Position numbers and translations under genes: made by a program. A DNA stretch of 64,000 bases from Octopus vulgaris (Eukaryota), in contig OX597826.1 of assembly GCA_951406725.2 (NCBI GenBank), positions 44,516,001 to 44,580,000 of the forward strand. The letters run 5' to 3'. Of the stretch, positions 40,988-54,263 are shown in pieces (position 1 is the stretch's first letter; each line of letters starts with the position of its first letter). The notes beneath the pieces are model-generated. The model ran no database searches and was not told where the DNA came from. It worked only from the letters and a program-made list of their open reading frames with translations.

Positions 40988-41375
40988 TCTTTCATCTTTA
41001 ATCTTTTTTTCTTGTTTTAGTGATGTGACTGCAGTCATGCTGGGGCACCGCCATGAAAGTTTTTACTCGAACATATCGACACCAGGACTTATTTCTTGTA
41101 AATCTAATACTTGTACTCTCGTTCTCCTGGCCAAATGGTTAAATTACGGGAACGTAAACACACCAGTTATCCAGCGGTGGTGGGGAACAAGCATAGAAAC
41201 AAAGACACACACACACATACACACACACACACACACATAAGACAGGCTTCTTTCAGTTTCCGTCGAACAAATCCACTCACAAGGCTTTGGTCGGCCCGAG
41301 GCTAAAGTAGAAGACACTTGCCCAATATGCCACTCAGTGGGACTGAACCCGGAACCATGTGCTCGGAATAAAAAT
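40988..41375 (-). mobile_element. SINE family B copy
   Basis: GACTGCAGTCATGCTGGGGCACCGCC...ATCCACTCACAAGGCTTTGGTCGGCCCGAGGC...GGGACTGAACCCGGAACCATGTG. Confidence 0.85.
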
Positions 41376-41619
41376 TCTGAGTGTGCTCTACTTCTATATT
41401 TTCTAAGAAAGATTTTTCTTCATATTTTTGCATTGTTCCCTGTAGCTTATTTAAAACAGTAAAAGATTCTTAATGATTAATATTGTTAGATTTCCACAGC
41501 CCCATGGGTGATGATGCTGCGTAACACTGTCTCTTTATATTAGGGAGTGTCAATGTGATGAATAAAGTTATTCTAATTTTATTCTTTAGTAAACGAGACA
41601 GATCTTCAGAATTTTCGAA

Positions 41620-41665
<46 letters not shown>

Positions 41666-42464
41666 AACTGATTACATCGGGTTAAGTTTCAGGAATTTGT
41701 GTGATACATTATCAGAAATATATACTTTTTATCTATTATGCAAAAACTTTATACATTACCCGAGAAGAGTTAAAGTGAATTTTAAAAACTTATATTCCCA
41801 ACAATGATCATGTTATTTAAATCATACCGAAAATGGAATTGTTCTGAGTCAATTATCTGATATAAATTCGATAGCCAATTGCTAGTTAGTATTGTTGCTG
41901 TGAAGTAAATGTAGGTTTTGAAAAATGGAATTAGCTCGTGTTTCAATCTTGACAACCGAGGTATTTTTTTAATGACATGTACTTCAATCTCATACGGCCT
42001 AATTAACATTAGTTAATGACTTGTAAGCCATTTACGTTTTTTTCTGTAATTAAAATTTAATTCACAGACATTTTTCCAATTTCGAATAAGTTGTTCAATA
42101 TGGAATAAGTGCAATTCTCTCTCTTTCTCTCTTGTTAGCAGATCGATCTCGGAGGAATAATCCTAGAGCCGAAATTTTAAGTAGAAGACAATATAAATTA
42201 ATAATTAAAGAAAACTTATATTTTTGAATAGCGCAAAAGAAGAGGAATAGGATGCAATGTAACATCTTATTGCACGCCTAAAACAATGTGACGCTGGCTG
42301 GGTATTGATTTTTCAAATGCTAAAACTAGAAATTTCATGTTTAATAAGAAATAGCTCGTAAATATATATATATTTTTTTTTCTCAGTAATGATCTCATGT
42401 TAACTTCATAAGTTCGCAACATATATTACAGGAATATTTGAGTGAAAAAGAAAATTATATATCT

Positions 42465-42655
<191 letters not shown>

Positions 42656-43563
42656 GAAAACCCTTTTGTCAGCAACTACATGCATGTACGAATCTAAAAT
42701 AATTCTTAATGATATAAAAGATAATTATTACAGATAGATATATTGTAATTCCTATAACACATCCAGAAAGAAATTTCCTATTATGATTTAGCTTTGAGTT
42801 GTAAAAATATCTAAAAGCCCGCTAATTAATGAAAATCAAATTATTCTTTCCGATGGGGAAATTGTGTTTTAGCATAGCAGATTTGAACATTTTACATGTG
42901 TCAACGAACACTGCTATAACCATTCTTTGTAACAACTTTCCAACTCACTGATTCTTCGCTAAACTTATTTTACATGATTACCATAATTATATATGCTTTC
43001 GTTTTCATGAATAATTTATTAGCTACTACATAGAATGATTTACAATGATTTACAATGATCATTGTATGATTATTGCAAAATCAAAATCATCCTTTTTAAC
43101 TCTCTCTCTCTCTCTCTGTATTTTGCCTTATTTATAATTTCGGAAAATCTTTTTTCACCAATTGTTTTCCATCTTCTCATAGGCAATTGTTCCAGGATAT
43201 CTCTGCTATACATAACCCTTATTTCATCTCAATATTTGTCTTTGGAATAACAGAAAAACTACATAAAGACATTAGAACTGTGATTAAGATAGACATAGAC
43301 GTTAACGTTACTTTTCCTTTTAATTCACGATGATGTGAGAGCATAGAAGAATAGGTGTGCGAAGAAACACACATTTTCATCTGATCATAATTTCTCTACA
43401 AGAATAGTCGATATAAATATTGGTTGTTTCGTTGGTTCATATCTCCATTTAAGTTTCTCTTCATATAGAGAGATGGGTAAAAAGGTAAAAGAAATAAAGT
43501 GATTTAACGTGTTTCCGGATGATTGCTTATTCTAAGCTTGAGAGTACAAAATGATTAAAAGAA

Positions 43564-43617
<54 letters not shown>

Positions 43618-43964
43618 ACACACACATACACACACACACACACACACGCGCAAACCAATACAAACATAGATATGCAGTGAAGGGGACAAGATCATACAGT
43701 CAGAAGAGGAAGACAAGAGGAAGTAAACGACAGAATATTTATAGAGGGGAGTATACAAATAGAGAAAAACTTGTTTCCTGTTGATAAAATGCAACAGGGA
43801 TTAGCATATTCACGTTCAATACCACCGGAACATATTTAGAGTGAATATATGCATCGTTGTTTTATAACATTTAATTTTACTTGAAGGTGATAAATAATTT
43901 TCTTCTTTGAAACTTAGTATTATTTAATCATTTTGTATAAGAACCAAGACCTTCATAAAAATTA

Positions 43965-44124
43965 GGCGCAGGTGTGCCTGTATGGTAAGAAGCTTGCCTC
44001 CCAACCACATGGTTGCGGGTTCAGTCACACAACGTGACACCTTGGGCACCTTCTGCAATGGTCAAGGGCCGACCAAAACCTTACGAGTGGATTTGGTAGA
44101 CGAAAACTGAATGAAGTCCGTCCT
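43965..44124 (+). mobile_element. SINE family B 5' half
   Basis: GGCGCAGGTGTGCCTGTATGGTAAGAAGCTT...GGGTTCAGTCAC...GAGTGGATTTGGTAGACG, ending at the internal microsatellite. Confidence 0.82.
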
Positions 44125-44225
44125 ATGTATATACATACATATATATATGCATTTCAAAATGTAACCCCATATAAATCATTGGCGATTTTATTCCTCCGAA
44201 TTCCCTTTCTATTAGACTTTCCTCT

Positions 44226-44260
44226 GTTTCCGAAGAAGAGCTCTGCTCGAAACGTGAAAC
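44226..44260 (+). ncRNA. Minimal type I hammerhead-ribozyme-like motif (variant core, probably inactive copy)
   Basis: GTTT-CCGAAGA-A-GAGC-TCT-GCTC-GAAACGTG-AAAC, with stem I GTTT/AAAC and stem II GAGC/GCTC. Confidence 0.45.
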
Positions 44261-44284
44261 CATGTTTCTTTGCTTCACTTCCTG

Positions 44285-44464
44285 AAATATTTGGGGCCAG
44301 TCGATTAGATGGACACCAGTATACAACTGGTACATAATATATCGACCCCGAAAGGATAAAATGCAAAGTCGCCTCGGCTGAATTTGAACTCAGAACGTAA
44401 AGACAGACGAAATACGGCTAAGCATTTTACCCGGCATGCTAACGTCTCTGCCAGCTCGCCGCTG
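44285..44464 (-). mobile_element. SINE family A copy
   Basis: ATCGACCCCGAAAGGAT...GAATTTGAACTCAGAACGTAA...TCTGCCAGCTCGCCGC. Confidence 0.85.
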
Positions 44465-46094
44465 ATAAAACGATGGTTTAATCGCGCAAGCGAGTGATAC
44501 CTGCTAGCAAGTACAATATCTTAACTCACTGTCGTATGTGCCTATGTATTCACGAGACACATAAATATATTCTCAGCTCTCTCACACTTGCGCGAGCGGA
44601 ACATGGATAATACAGAAACAGAAACACGCTGCACCAGCATAGGTTTGGCACCCTTTTGCTGCCAAACTGGCTGAAACACTACGAAATTATACCAAGTATC
44701 TTATTCAATACAACGTACTACCTCATCCAAAAATCGAAAGTACGACCTTATAATGGTGGATCCACGCCTTTATCTCTAACACTACTAGCCTTCACGCTAT
44801 ATATTTTATGCGGAAACTAAATCCTTCTTTTTGGTTTTCAACATGTATCTATTTTATCTGTTTCTTTTTCTTTTCTATAATTCCTACGTTATTTGCACGC
44901 TCAGGGAAAACTTTCAAGGAATTGTTTGCTCTCATCGTATATAACGCAAAATAATGAGGTACAGCCCGGCATGACACCAGCACTCTAGTTTTTATTCGTT
45001 GATTCCAAGTTATTAAACCCTGGCAAAATTTATTATCATAATGCCTAATTGGTGAAATGTAGTAGGAATGAGTCACATTCATGATCGCGCCAAGAAATAA
45101 GTTGTAAAATCAGTACACCCAACAGAATAACGAAATACCGTAGTTATATTGACATTCTTGTATCTTACCTCCATGTGTAGCGTTCACACAAGTGCAGTAT
45201 CATAATCTATGGCAGCTCGAGCTTGCTTGACAATTAATTATTTGAATTAGATAAGATAAATTCCTATAAATGTGAAGCACAAGTGTTTATTACGGACAAT
45301 AATAACAGAACAATGTTGTTATGGTTTATTTTACGATAGAAACGTGTCCAACTTTTTACGATGCGCAGCAAAGCAGCTATGTACAGTAGAAAACAATATA
45401 AACCATCGTCAGCTGTCTATTATATGACTAAATGAATCTGCCTGAATGTGAATAAACATAATTGAATTAGTAAATGAAACGTCAAGAATTCCAGAAGAGA
45501 TGAAAATCTATTAATTTTAGGAATCTTTATTAGAGAATTCTCGGTGGTTTTTAGCTATCCCTTTATTGAAATTGGCTATTCTGTTTACAAGAAGAAAAAT
45601 AACCGAATAGGAAATATAATTGGGTGTCAGTTTAGCAGTTACAACTATCTCATATAATTGGAATCAGAAGATAGTTTCCTATCTATTCCTATTTTCAAAA
45701 ATAGAAATTATTATCTCGCCTAGTCAGAGAACTAACATACACATGATAATCTTTTGAGTTTTGAGGAACATTTTCTTTGAGAAAATGTCAGAAATTCAAA
45801 CCATTTGAGAATTGACATTGATGTTTCATCAGCAGAGACATGAAGTGTATAATTTTGTAAGGTTAAAAGGGTATACATCGCGTGTTGGCACCGCATTCAG
45901 ACATTCAATACAGATATGGGCTTATATGAGACTATTTTCTCCATGGCATCTTTGTTAGCGAGGTTTATCCATCTTTGTCAATTATGCTGCAAAACGTACA
46001 GCGTTTTATGAATATTTTCTGTATCATTTGATTTTAGCTCGTAACAGAAAATTAACAAACCAATCATTGTTATAAACGTTGGAAGGGGTGTCAA

Positions 46095-47140
46095 CCACGG
46101 CAAAGTAATGCTTAGCAACATGTCTGTCTTTACGTTCTGAGCTCAAATTCCGCCAAGGTTGATTTTGCCTTTCATCCTTTCAGAATCGATAAAATAAATA
46201 CCATCTAAGCACTGAGGTCAAAATAGTCGATTTAGTTCTCCAAAATTGCTGGCCCTGTGTCAAAATTTCAAGCCAATATATGTATTTAGGGGAACATTAT
46301 AATACAACTATAAAATTATATACCCTGAAAATTAAATTATGATTTCAAAATTGTTGAAATTAGCAAGGCATGGAATGTTAGGTTACTACTCTCCGTCGTG
46401 TAGAAAAGATACCTATTTATATCTCAAATGTAACCATTTGAGACCAAATGATAAGCGCAAAATTAATTCGTTTCATAAATAAAGAGCAGGTGTCTAATCA
46501 CTCGATTCTGATTTCGAATTTCGTTCGCAAGATCAAATTTATTATTTTAATATATATAACTTTGGGAATAGCTACTTTAATTCTACGTATGCAAAATGTT
46601 CTTTAAATATACAACATGCCTAAAACATCATCATCATCATCATCATCATTATTATTATTATTATTCATTTCGTCTGTCTTTACGTTCTGAGTTCAAATTC
46701 CACTGAAGTCAACTTTGTCTCGCATCCTTTTGGGGTTGTTAAATTAAGTACCTGTGAAAAACTGGGGTTGATATAATTGACTAGTCTCCTCCCACAAATT
46801 TTCAGGCCTTGTGCCTTTAGTAGAAAGGATTATTATTATTATTATCCTCCAAAAAATCCGGAGTCAACTTTGTTCTTGTTCCTTTCAAGCCAATAAAATG
46901 AAAAACCAGTCAAGTATTGCGGTCGATGATATCGATATGTCTCTCCTAAACACTGCTTGTCTTGCTAAAATCACAAGCCATGCAGCATCTCATCCGATTT
47001 TACGACCTGACTTCAAATGCCGCTGGAGTCGTTTTTTCATCTCTTCATTTCGGCGTCGATAAAATAAGTACCAGTTGAACACTGGGGACTAATCCCTTCC
47101 ACCAGACTTGTTAGCGTTGTGCCAAAATTTGAAGCCAAAT
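46095..47140 (+). mobile_element. Cluster of partial SINE family A copies (~46095-46280, 46665-46845, 46855-46975, 47000-47140)
   Basis: Repeated TTACGTTCTGAG(C/T)TCAAATTCC and GATAAAATAA(G/A)TACCA blocks. Confidence 0.7.
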
Positions 47141-47220
47141 ATTATTATTATTATTATTGAGTGAGAGAGCAGTTCATGCCATCAAAGTGACACTGGGTAA
47201 ATATACGAAGCAATATACCC

Positions 47221-47221
47221 A

Positions 47222-47303
<82 letters not shown>

Positions 47304-47362
47304 TTATTATTATTATTATCATTATTATTATTATTATTATTATTACTATTATTAACATTATT
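47221..47362. repeat. (ATT)n microsatellite (also 47140-47157, 47853-47908)
   Basis: Direct reading. Confidence 0.95.
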
Positions 47363-47364
47363 AT

Positions 47365-47830
47365 TTCTCATCACAGATTTTGTTGGGGCTGCTGGTGTCT
47401 TACATTCGTAGCGAGCTTGCTACATGCAGCCTACGGTACAATGCTACCCATTCATTTCAGCAATCTAATGCTTTCCTGATTATTCTGGCCGTGCCAATGA
47501 GGCAAACCTTTTTTAACAGCTCTACTGGGCACTCTATTCCAATTTCCTTTATACTCTTCTTGATGCCTTGTGACACAATTCCTAAGGACCTAACAATAAT
47601 TGGCACTATCTTCACCTTCTCCAGTTTCCGTAGCCGGGCTATTTCGTAATTAAGGGGTTGGATCTATCTAACTTTTCGTCTTCCTTCTTGACTATTCATG
47701 GGGCAAAGGGGCATGCAACATCAACTATATAGCATATGTGGTGCACCTTATCGGCCACCACTATGCTCTAGCACCACATCTGTTTGGATTTGGAAATCCC
47801 AGAGGATTTTGCTTAGTCATCACCAACTCT
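47365..47830 (-). mobile_element. Dong/R4-clade LINE 3' end (restriction-like endonuclease domain)
   Basis: Minus strand encodes KILWDFQIQTD / CYIVDVACPF / EDEKLD / YEIARL..VKIVPIIVRSLG...LLKKVCLIGTARIIRKALDC*, running into (TAA)n. Confidence 0.85.
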
Positions 47831-47850
47831 GTTACTCTCTGCGGTTTGTG

Positions 47851-47909
<59 letters not shown>

Positions 47910-47931
47910 GTTGTTGTTGTTGTTGTTGTTA

Positions 47932-48270
47932 CTTTTAATCTCCACGTTTGTTACAATCACTTCCCGAGTCATACCCATCTTTCTAAGGCGAGTGAAGGAT
48001 AAGAGAGGTTACAGTATGACTGAAAGCTTGGGAAATCGAACTGGCATGGGCAGTAGCGAAATATCTTCATGTAATACATTACAGACATTTAAATGGATAG
48101 AATTTGTCTAAGGATGTGGTTAGTACTTGTCAGTATAATATTTTGGATTTCTCTGAGATATGGTTCTCTTGGGATCTTATCTAAATATTTCTGACATCCC
48201 CTTTTTCATCATTCGTAGGTCAGATACAATAACAGGAACAATTCTCGTTTAAAAATGTCACACATTTGTG
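47932..48270 (-). mobile_element. Second, different Dong/R4-clade LINE 3' end
   Basis: Minus strand encodes RIVPVIVSDLRMMKKG / KYLDKIPREPYLREIQNIILTSTNHILRQILSI*, followed by a ~155-bp 3' UTR into (CAA)n(TAA)n. Confidence 0.75.
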
Positions 48271-48279
48271 TTCAAACTA

Positions 48280-48415
48280 CACCGAAATCGACTTCGACTT
48301 TCATCCTTTCCGGGTGAATAAATTAAGTATCATTTGCTTACTGGCGTCGATCAAATCGACAGGCCTCCTCCCCGAAAAATTTCGGGCCTTGTGCCTAGAA
48401 TAAAAAAGAATATTT
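48280..48415 (+). mobile_element. SINE family A 3' portion
   Basis: TCGACTTCGACTTTCATCCTTTCCGGG...TTAAGTA...GTCGATCAAATCGAC. Confidence 0.7.
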
Positions 48416-48742
48416 ATCATACGAACGCCGGCTATATTATGATTAAATGACATTAATGTTTTACTGCGTTTTGACTAAATTTCAGTAAGAACGATTCAAG
48501 TGTGTATTATAAGAACACATTTACGATATTTTCAAGAAGAAATTTATAAAGTATATAAAGAAGAAGGAATATAGAAGAGAAAGCAATATTCTTCTTTCCA
48601 TATTCCTTGTTAACAAATAATTCATGCTGCATATTATAAGAGAAAACATCAAAATGCACATGCGATGATTAATGACATTTCTCTCTAAAGAGAAATTTTC
48701 TAAAGTATATTAATTACTATTCCAATACGGGCGACAATAATT

Positions 48743-49030
48743 ATGTCATATATATATATGTATATATATTTATATCTGTGGATAGTGACATATGTATATG
48801 TGTGTGTATATATACATATATATGTTTGTATATATATTATATGTATATATATTTATAAATATATATGTATGTATATATATACATACATATATCTATATAT
48901 GTATATACATATATACACACACACATATATATATATATATATGTGTGTTTGTATATATATATATACATATAGCATATATACATACATATATATACACACA
49001 CACACACAACACCCACATATATATATATAC

Positions 49031-49061
<31 letters not shown>

Positions 49062-49081
49062 TGTATGTATGTATATGTATG

Positions 49082-49112
<31 letters not shown>

Positions 49113-49155
49113 ATATATATATATATATATATATATCATGTATGTATGTATGTAA
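48743..49155. repeat. Low-complexity TA/CA/ATGT/TATC compound microsatellite
   Basis: Direct reading. Confidence 0.9.
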
Positions 49156-49551
49156 ACTCAGTTTTTAAACGTGTGTGTATTTGACGATAGAAACTCTTAG
49201 TGGATGTATTTATATAAATGCCTCTATCTATTGCGAGATAAATATATGTCTGTGTATGCGTACCTTTTTACATACAGCGATTAATAACTACGTATACCTG
49301 CAAAACAACGTCAGATACGAATTAAAAAAGGATAACAGTTTTCAGATATATACAAAAGCCTCAGAACAAAATGTAATCCACTCTATATATTTCGAATTCT
49401 AAAGTACAATTAATAACTCAATGAACCCAAAAAGCCTCGATGCCTCAATTACCATATAATTACCACATATCTCGCCTTTTCGTTCTGAGTGTAATCAGCT
49501 AAATGCGTAGCTGAAATACAGCCATTATATGAAATGGTAAAATACACATAT

Positions 49552-49609
<58 letters not shown>

Positions 49610-49624
49610 ACACAAACACATGAT

Positions 49625-49870
49625 GCGCATGGTCTAGTAGTTAAGGTGTTGCACTCACCGATTGCTACATCGCGATTTCAATTCCTTGACTAGGTTTTGC
49701 GTTGTGTTCATGAGCAAAACATTTCATCTCACGTTGTTTTGCGATCACTTCGACACCTGACCCGTGGCACAAATTGCCCCTGTTCAGACAACGTCGATTT
49801 GATGGGAGAGTGGGCAAATGTGTGGCACGAACATTTGATCACTATAAACAATTCATTTGTGCGGGTCGTA
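49625..49870 (+). mobile_element. tRNA-derived SINE with a head related to 21445
   Basis: GCGCATGGTCTAGTAGTTAAGGTGTTGCACTCA...TTTCAATTCC...TTGTGTTCATGAGCAAAACATTTCAT. Confidence 0.55.
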
Positions 49871-50182
49871 ACACACACACACACACATACACACACACAC
49901 ACACATACACACACACACACATGCATATACATATATATATATGTATATATGTATACAGTGATACTCGGTTTACCTACCATTATAAATAATATCAAATATT
50001 CTTTCTCAAACCTTTCATAATGTGATACAAGTCTTTGGTGTAGCATTTGCATGCGGTTGAAGAGGGCTTTTAAACTATCTGTTATGTCGATTATGCATTG
50101 ATGTAAGAATAAGTTGTTTTATAAAGATCGAAACATGTGTACCGCGACATCCTTTGTGTCCTGTTTTTCATTTTATTTCATT

Positions 50183-50222
<40 letters not shown>

Positions 50223-50721
50223 CTCTCTCTTTGATTCCTTTGCCCCCTTATTTTTTTTCTGTCTCTTCTCTACTCTCACGTGACCTGATGGTTAACTGGC
50301 CTTTCCGCTGGTGACCGCTGCTGTGATTACACGGCTTCTTTCTTCGTCTGCCGAAAAGGCATTTATTTCAAAATACGCTCGTTAAGATAGTTCAATTGTC
50401 TAAAGTCGTAAGACACCCGCTGTTTTTGTCCCGTTATTACCATTCTTGTTTTTTGTATTTATATTCGTGTGGCATCGTCCGATTTTCTGTCCTTGTTTCG
50501 TATACATTCGATCCTTTTTCCAAGAAATCTAATGCTCGCAGCTTAGTTTTTCCTTGGGGCTGGCCGGATCTGAGCGATATCAGGATTAATCAGCCGAAAT
50601 TTGCTAGGACTATCCGGTTCCTGACTGAAGATTAGAGGCTTCGAATGACCCGTCCGTTCTTTGCGTCGTATCTTTGTGTTTGTTGCGTTCTTGTCCCATT
50701 TTGTATTTTTTATATATGATT

Positions 50722-50748
<27 letters not shown>

Positions 50749-50752
<4 letters not shown>

Positions 50753-51131
50753 GATGTAAGTAGCTTGCTTACAAACCACACGGTTCCGGGTTCAGTCCCA
50801 CTGAGTGGTATCTTGGGCAAGTATCCTCTACAATAGTATCGGACCGACAAAAGCCTTCTGAGTGGATTTGGTTAACGGTAACTGAAAGAAGCCTGTCATC
50901 TGTGTGTGTGTGTGTATGTGCCTGTGTTTGTCCCTGCACCATCGCGTGACAACCGAACAACCAATGTTGGTGTGTTTACGTCCCCGAAAACTAGCGGTTC
51001 GGCAAAAAAGACGATAGTATAAGTACTAGGCTTACAATGAGTAAGTCCCGAGGTTGACTTGTTCGACTAAACGCGGTACCCCAGCATGGCTGCAGTCAAA
51101 TGACTGAATCAAATAAAAGAATAAATGAAAT
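50749..51131 (+). mobile_element. SINE family B copy
   Basis: GTAAGTAGCTTGCTTAC...GGTTCCGGGTTCAGTCCCACTG...GCAGTCAAATGACTGAATC. Confidence 0.88.
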
Positions 51132-51133
51132 AC

Positions 51134-51228
<95 letters not shown>

Positions 51229-51248
51229 TAAACACACACACACACACG

Positions 51249-51296
<48 letters not shown>

Positions 51297-51419
51297 TTGA
51301 AATCTTTAGTGAACAAATTGACCCTGGTGTTTTTTTGGTGTAGTGGTGTACGGAAATACATACACTCACACACAAACGCACGCAGGCACACATATACACA
51401 GACTCAGGAACGTACAGAG

Positions 51420-51573
51420 TATTTGTCTGCTAACTTCGCCCACAAGTGATTGGTCGGCCCGAAACTATAATGCCTAATGAGGCACTTTGTTCATATTCCC
51501 ACTCAGCGGAACTGAACTCAAAAGTATGTAGTATCAAAGTGAACTACTTAAGTAGAAAGTCGTGACTGCGCCT
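51420..51573 (-). mobile_element. Degenerate SINE family B head
   Basis: TTGGTCGGCCCGAAACTATA...CACTCAGCGGAACTGAACTC...CTGCGCC. Confidence 0.5.
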
Positions 51574-52042
51574 ACAAAGACAAGAAAAATTTAAATACAT
51601 TACATCGTACAATTCACAGGCCTTACAAAAGAGACAATGTAACATATATGCCTTGTATGATATAGTAAGGGTGTCGCATATAACTTTGACTTACAATAAA
51701 AATCTAATTAATGGCCACGCTTTTGTATAAGTAGTGTAAATTTAGCTTAAATTATTCAGTGAGAAATATGTTGTAAATGGAATAACTTTCGATTAAGAGA
51801 AATTAAACAATAATTATATAAACTGGCATATATTAAACATTATAATAATATTATTAATACTATTTACGTTACCCAAAAGAAATGAATATCGAATCAGGCG
51901 AGAAATCAATATTATTTATTTCATCTCAATGTAGAATGTTATTGCTGTATTACAAAATTTATCTTTGGAAACAGCTTGTAGAATATTTTTCTATAGCACT
52001 TTTCCCCCTCCTATCTTTCTGTCTGTTTATATTTATATATAT

Positions 52043-52093
<51 letters not shown>

Positions 52094-52096
52094 GTA

Positions 52097-52128
<32 letters not shown>

Positions 52129-52374
52129 TGTGTATATATATGTATATATAGATATAAATAGACAGATAGATGTGTGTGTCTGTGTGCGTCCACACACATA
52201 CGCTCACACATACACACAAACACATCTATGCATGTACGCATATGGGTTCCAATTCTAAGGAATTGAAAATATAGGGAGTGTATGAGAGGGAAAAAGACAC
52301 ATAACATTGGTAAGCCAATATTAACAAACTGACATACAATTTAAAAGTAGGGGTAAAAATTTAATGTATTTATT

Positions 52375-52720
<346 letters not shown>

Positions 52721-53033
52721 GTTGGATTGTTGAAGTGGACGGACGTCTATTTGTTTCTCTCCCAAGTCAGTAGCAAGCTACACAGCTTCAAAACCTAACT
52801 GACCTTAAATATATATATATTTGTAACCACGTGTTTGCCTACAAACCCGTAAGTACGTTTTCATTTAACTACAAATTGTTATATACACCTGTTTTTCTTT
52901 TAATATCCTCAAACAACCAAATAATCAAAAACTCACACCCTTAATATATATATATATACACTTCTTTAACTCCCAAGAAAGAATATATATATTTTCAAAA
53001 ATCAAAAGGAAAACAAACAAAAGAAAAACAAAC

Positions 53034-54263
53034 ATGACTAACTTGCAGGCCTGCAACAGACGAAATTGGTCTGATAACGAAATTGATGTTTTAATAAACA
53101 CATGGTTCTCTCTTTCCCAAACAGAAAATCTAAATGTTTTGTGTTTGAATGAGATTGCCGAAAAAACATCACAAGTGGTCAACACACGATCCGTCAAACA
53201 GATTCGTAGCAAACTGAAACATATCGAAGTATCTTTCAAACTGACAAAAGGCCATTATGAAAAGCTTCTTCATATTTTCACAGTTCAAGAACAGCAACAG
53301 CTAGAAAATCAGCAGCCACAACAACAACAACAACAGAATGAGCCACTCCTGGTTCCCAGCACAATGGCTGACCCTAACATCGGTCAAGCACAACAACAAC
53401 AACAACAGCCACAGCAACAAGAACAACAACAGCCACTCCTCAACTCTAGCTTACTAGATGATTCACTAAATGCCAGTATCTTTGCACCGCTCTCACGGCA
53501 ACCACCACAATTATCATCATCATCATCACCACCGCTGCCACCATCGTCTTCTATCACCAAAAATACCAACAGAAAACCAAATAAGAAACCACTGCCCACT
53601 TCCCCCACATCACCACCTCAATACTACTGCAGTAACAAAAACTTAAAGAAGCATAGGATGCAGAATGCGCCCCCCACGGCACAAACAAGAAATCCCCAAA
53701 TATGCCGCTATTCACTGCGCCAGAGACTCTGCACAAATAGTGACTGCATCTTCACGCATCTACCCGGCACTAGATGCACTACCGGCCAAGGCCAAAGCAC
53801 GCATCCCACAATAACATCAACACCACCAAATAGTAAATCGAAATTCAAAACACACACAACTCGGAGTCTCAAAATCTGCCGGTATTCCCAACGTGAGAGA
53901 ACATGTCTGCTGAGTGACTGTCCCTTCACTCATCTTCCAGGGACCCGACGCACAAACAGAAACGGGGCTTCAAGCCAACACACAAACCTGAATAAAAATA
54001 AAAATAGAAACACACCATGCTGCAGTAATGCTGGTCCAGTCTTTTCAGGAAGACACAAAAACAACAACAACAAAAGTGGAAACTACAACCCTATCCAACA
54101 GTGCAACCACACCTCCAGCCAAAAACTGCTCCCTAAGCAGGAAAATTCTTTTTTAGCCATGTTGAACATGGCAAAAGAGATACACAAAAACATTGTAGCC
54201 ATCACTCAACACCATCCTATGCTATTACCCCAGTGCACCAATTCCCCACATTGCTGCCACTAA
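53034..54263 (+). CDS. LINE ORF1 protein (409 aa): N-terminal Myb/SANT (trihelix)-like domain, polyQ/Pro-Ser linker, two CCCH-type zinc fingers
   Basis: ATG-initiated ORF. NWSDNEIDVLINTW...IAEK...RSVKQIRSKLKHI resembles Myb/SANT-like helices. Two C-x8-C-x4-C-x3-H motifs are each followed by LPGTR (53703-53774, 53877-53948). Confidence 0.85.
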   Translation: MTNLQACNRRNWSDNEIDVLINTWFSLSQTENLNVLCLNEIAEKTSQVVNTRSVKQIRSKLKHIEVSFKLTKGHYEKLLHIFTVQEQQQLENQQPQQQQQQNEPLLVPSTMADPNIGQAQQQQQQPQQQEQQQPLLNSSLLDDSLNASIFAPLSRQPPQLSSSSSPPLPPSSSITKNTNRKPNKKPLPTSPTSPPQYYCSNKNLKKHRMQNAPPTAQTRNPQICRYSLRQRLCTNSDCIFTHLPGTRCTTGQGQSTHPTITSTPPNSKSKFKTHTTRSLKICRYSQRERTCLLSDCPFTHLPGTRRTNRNGASSQHTNLNKNKNRNTPCCSNAGPVFSGRHKNNNNKSGNYNPIQQCNHTSSQKLLPKQENSFLAMLNMAKEIHKNIVAITQHHPMLLPQCTNSPHCCH

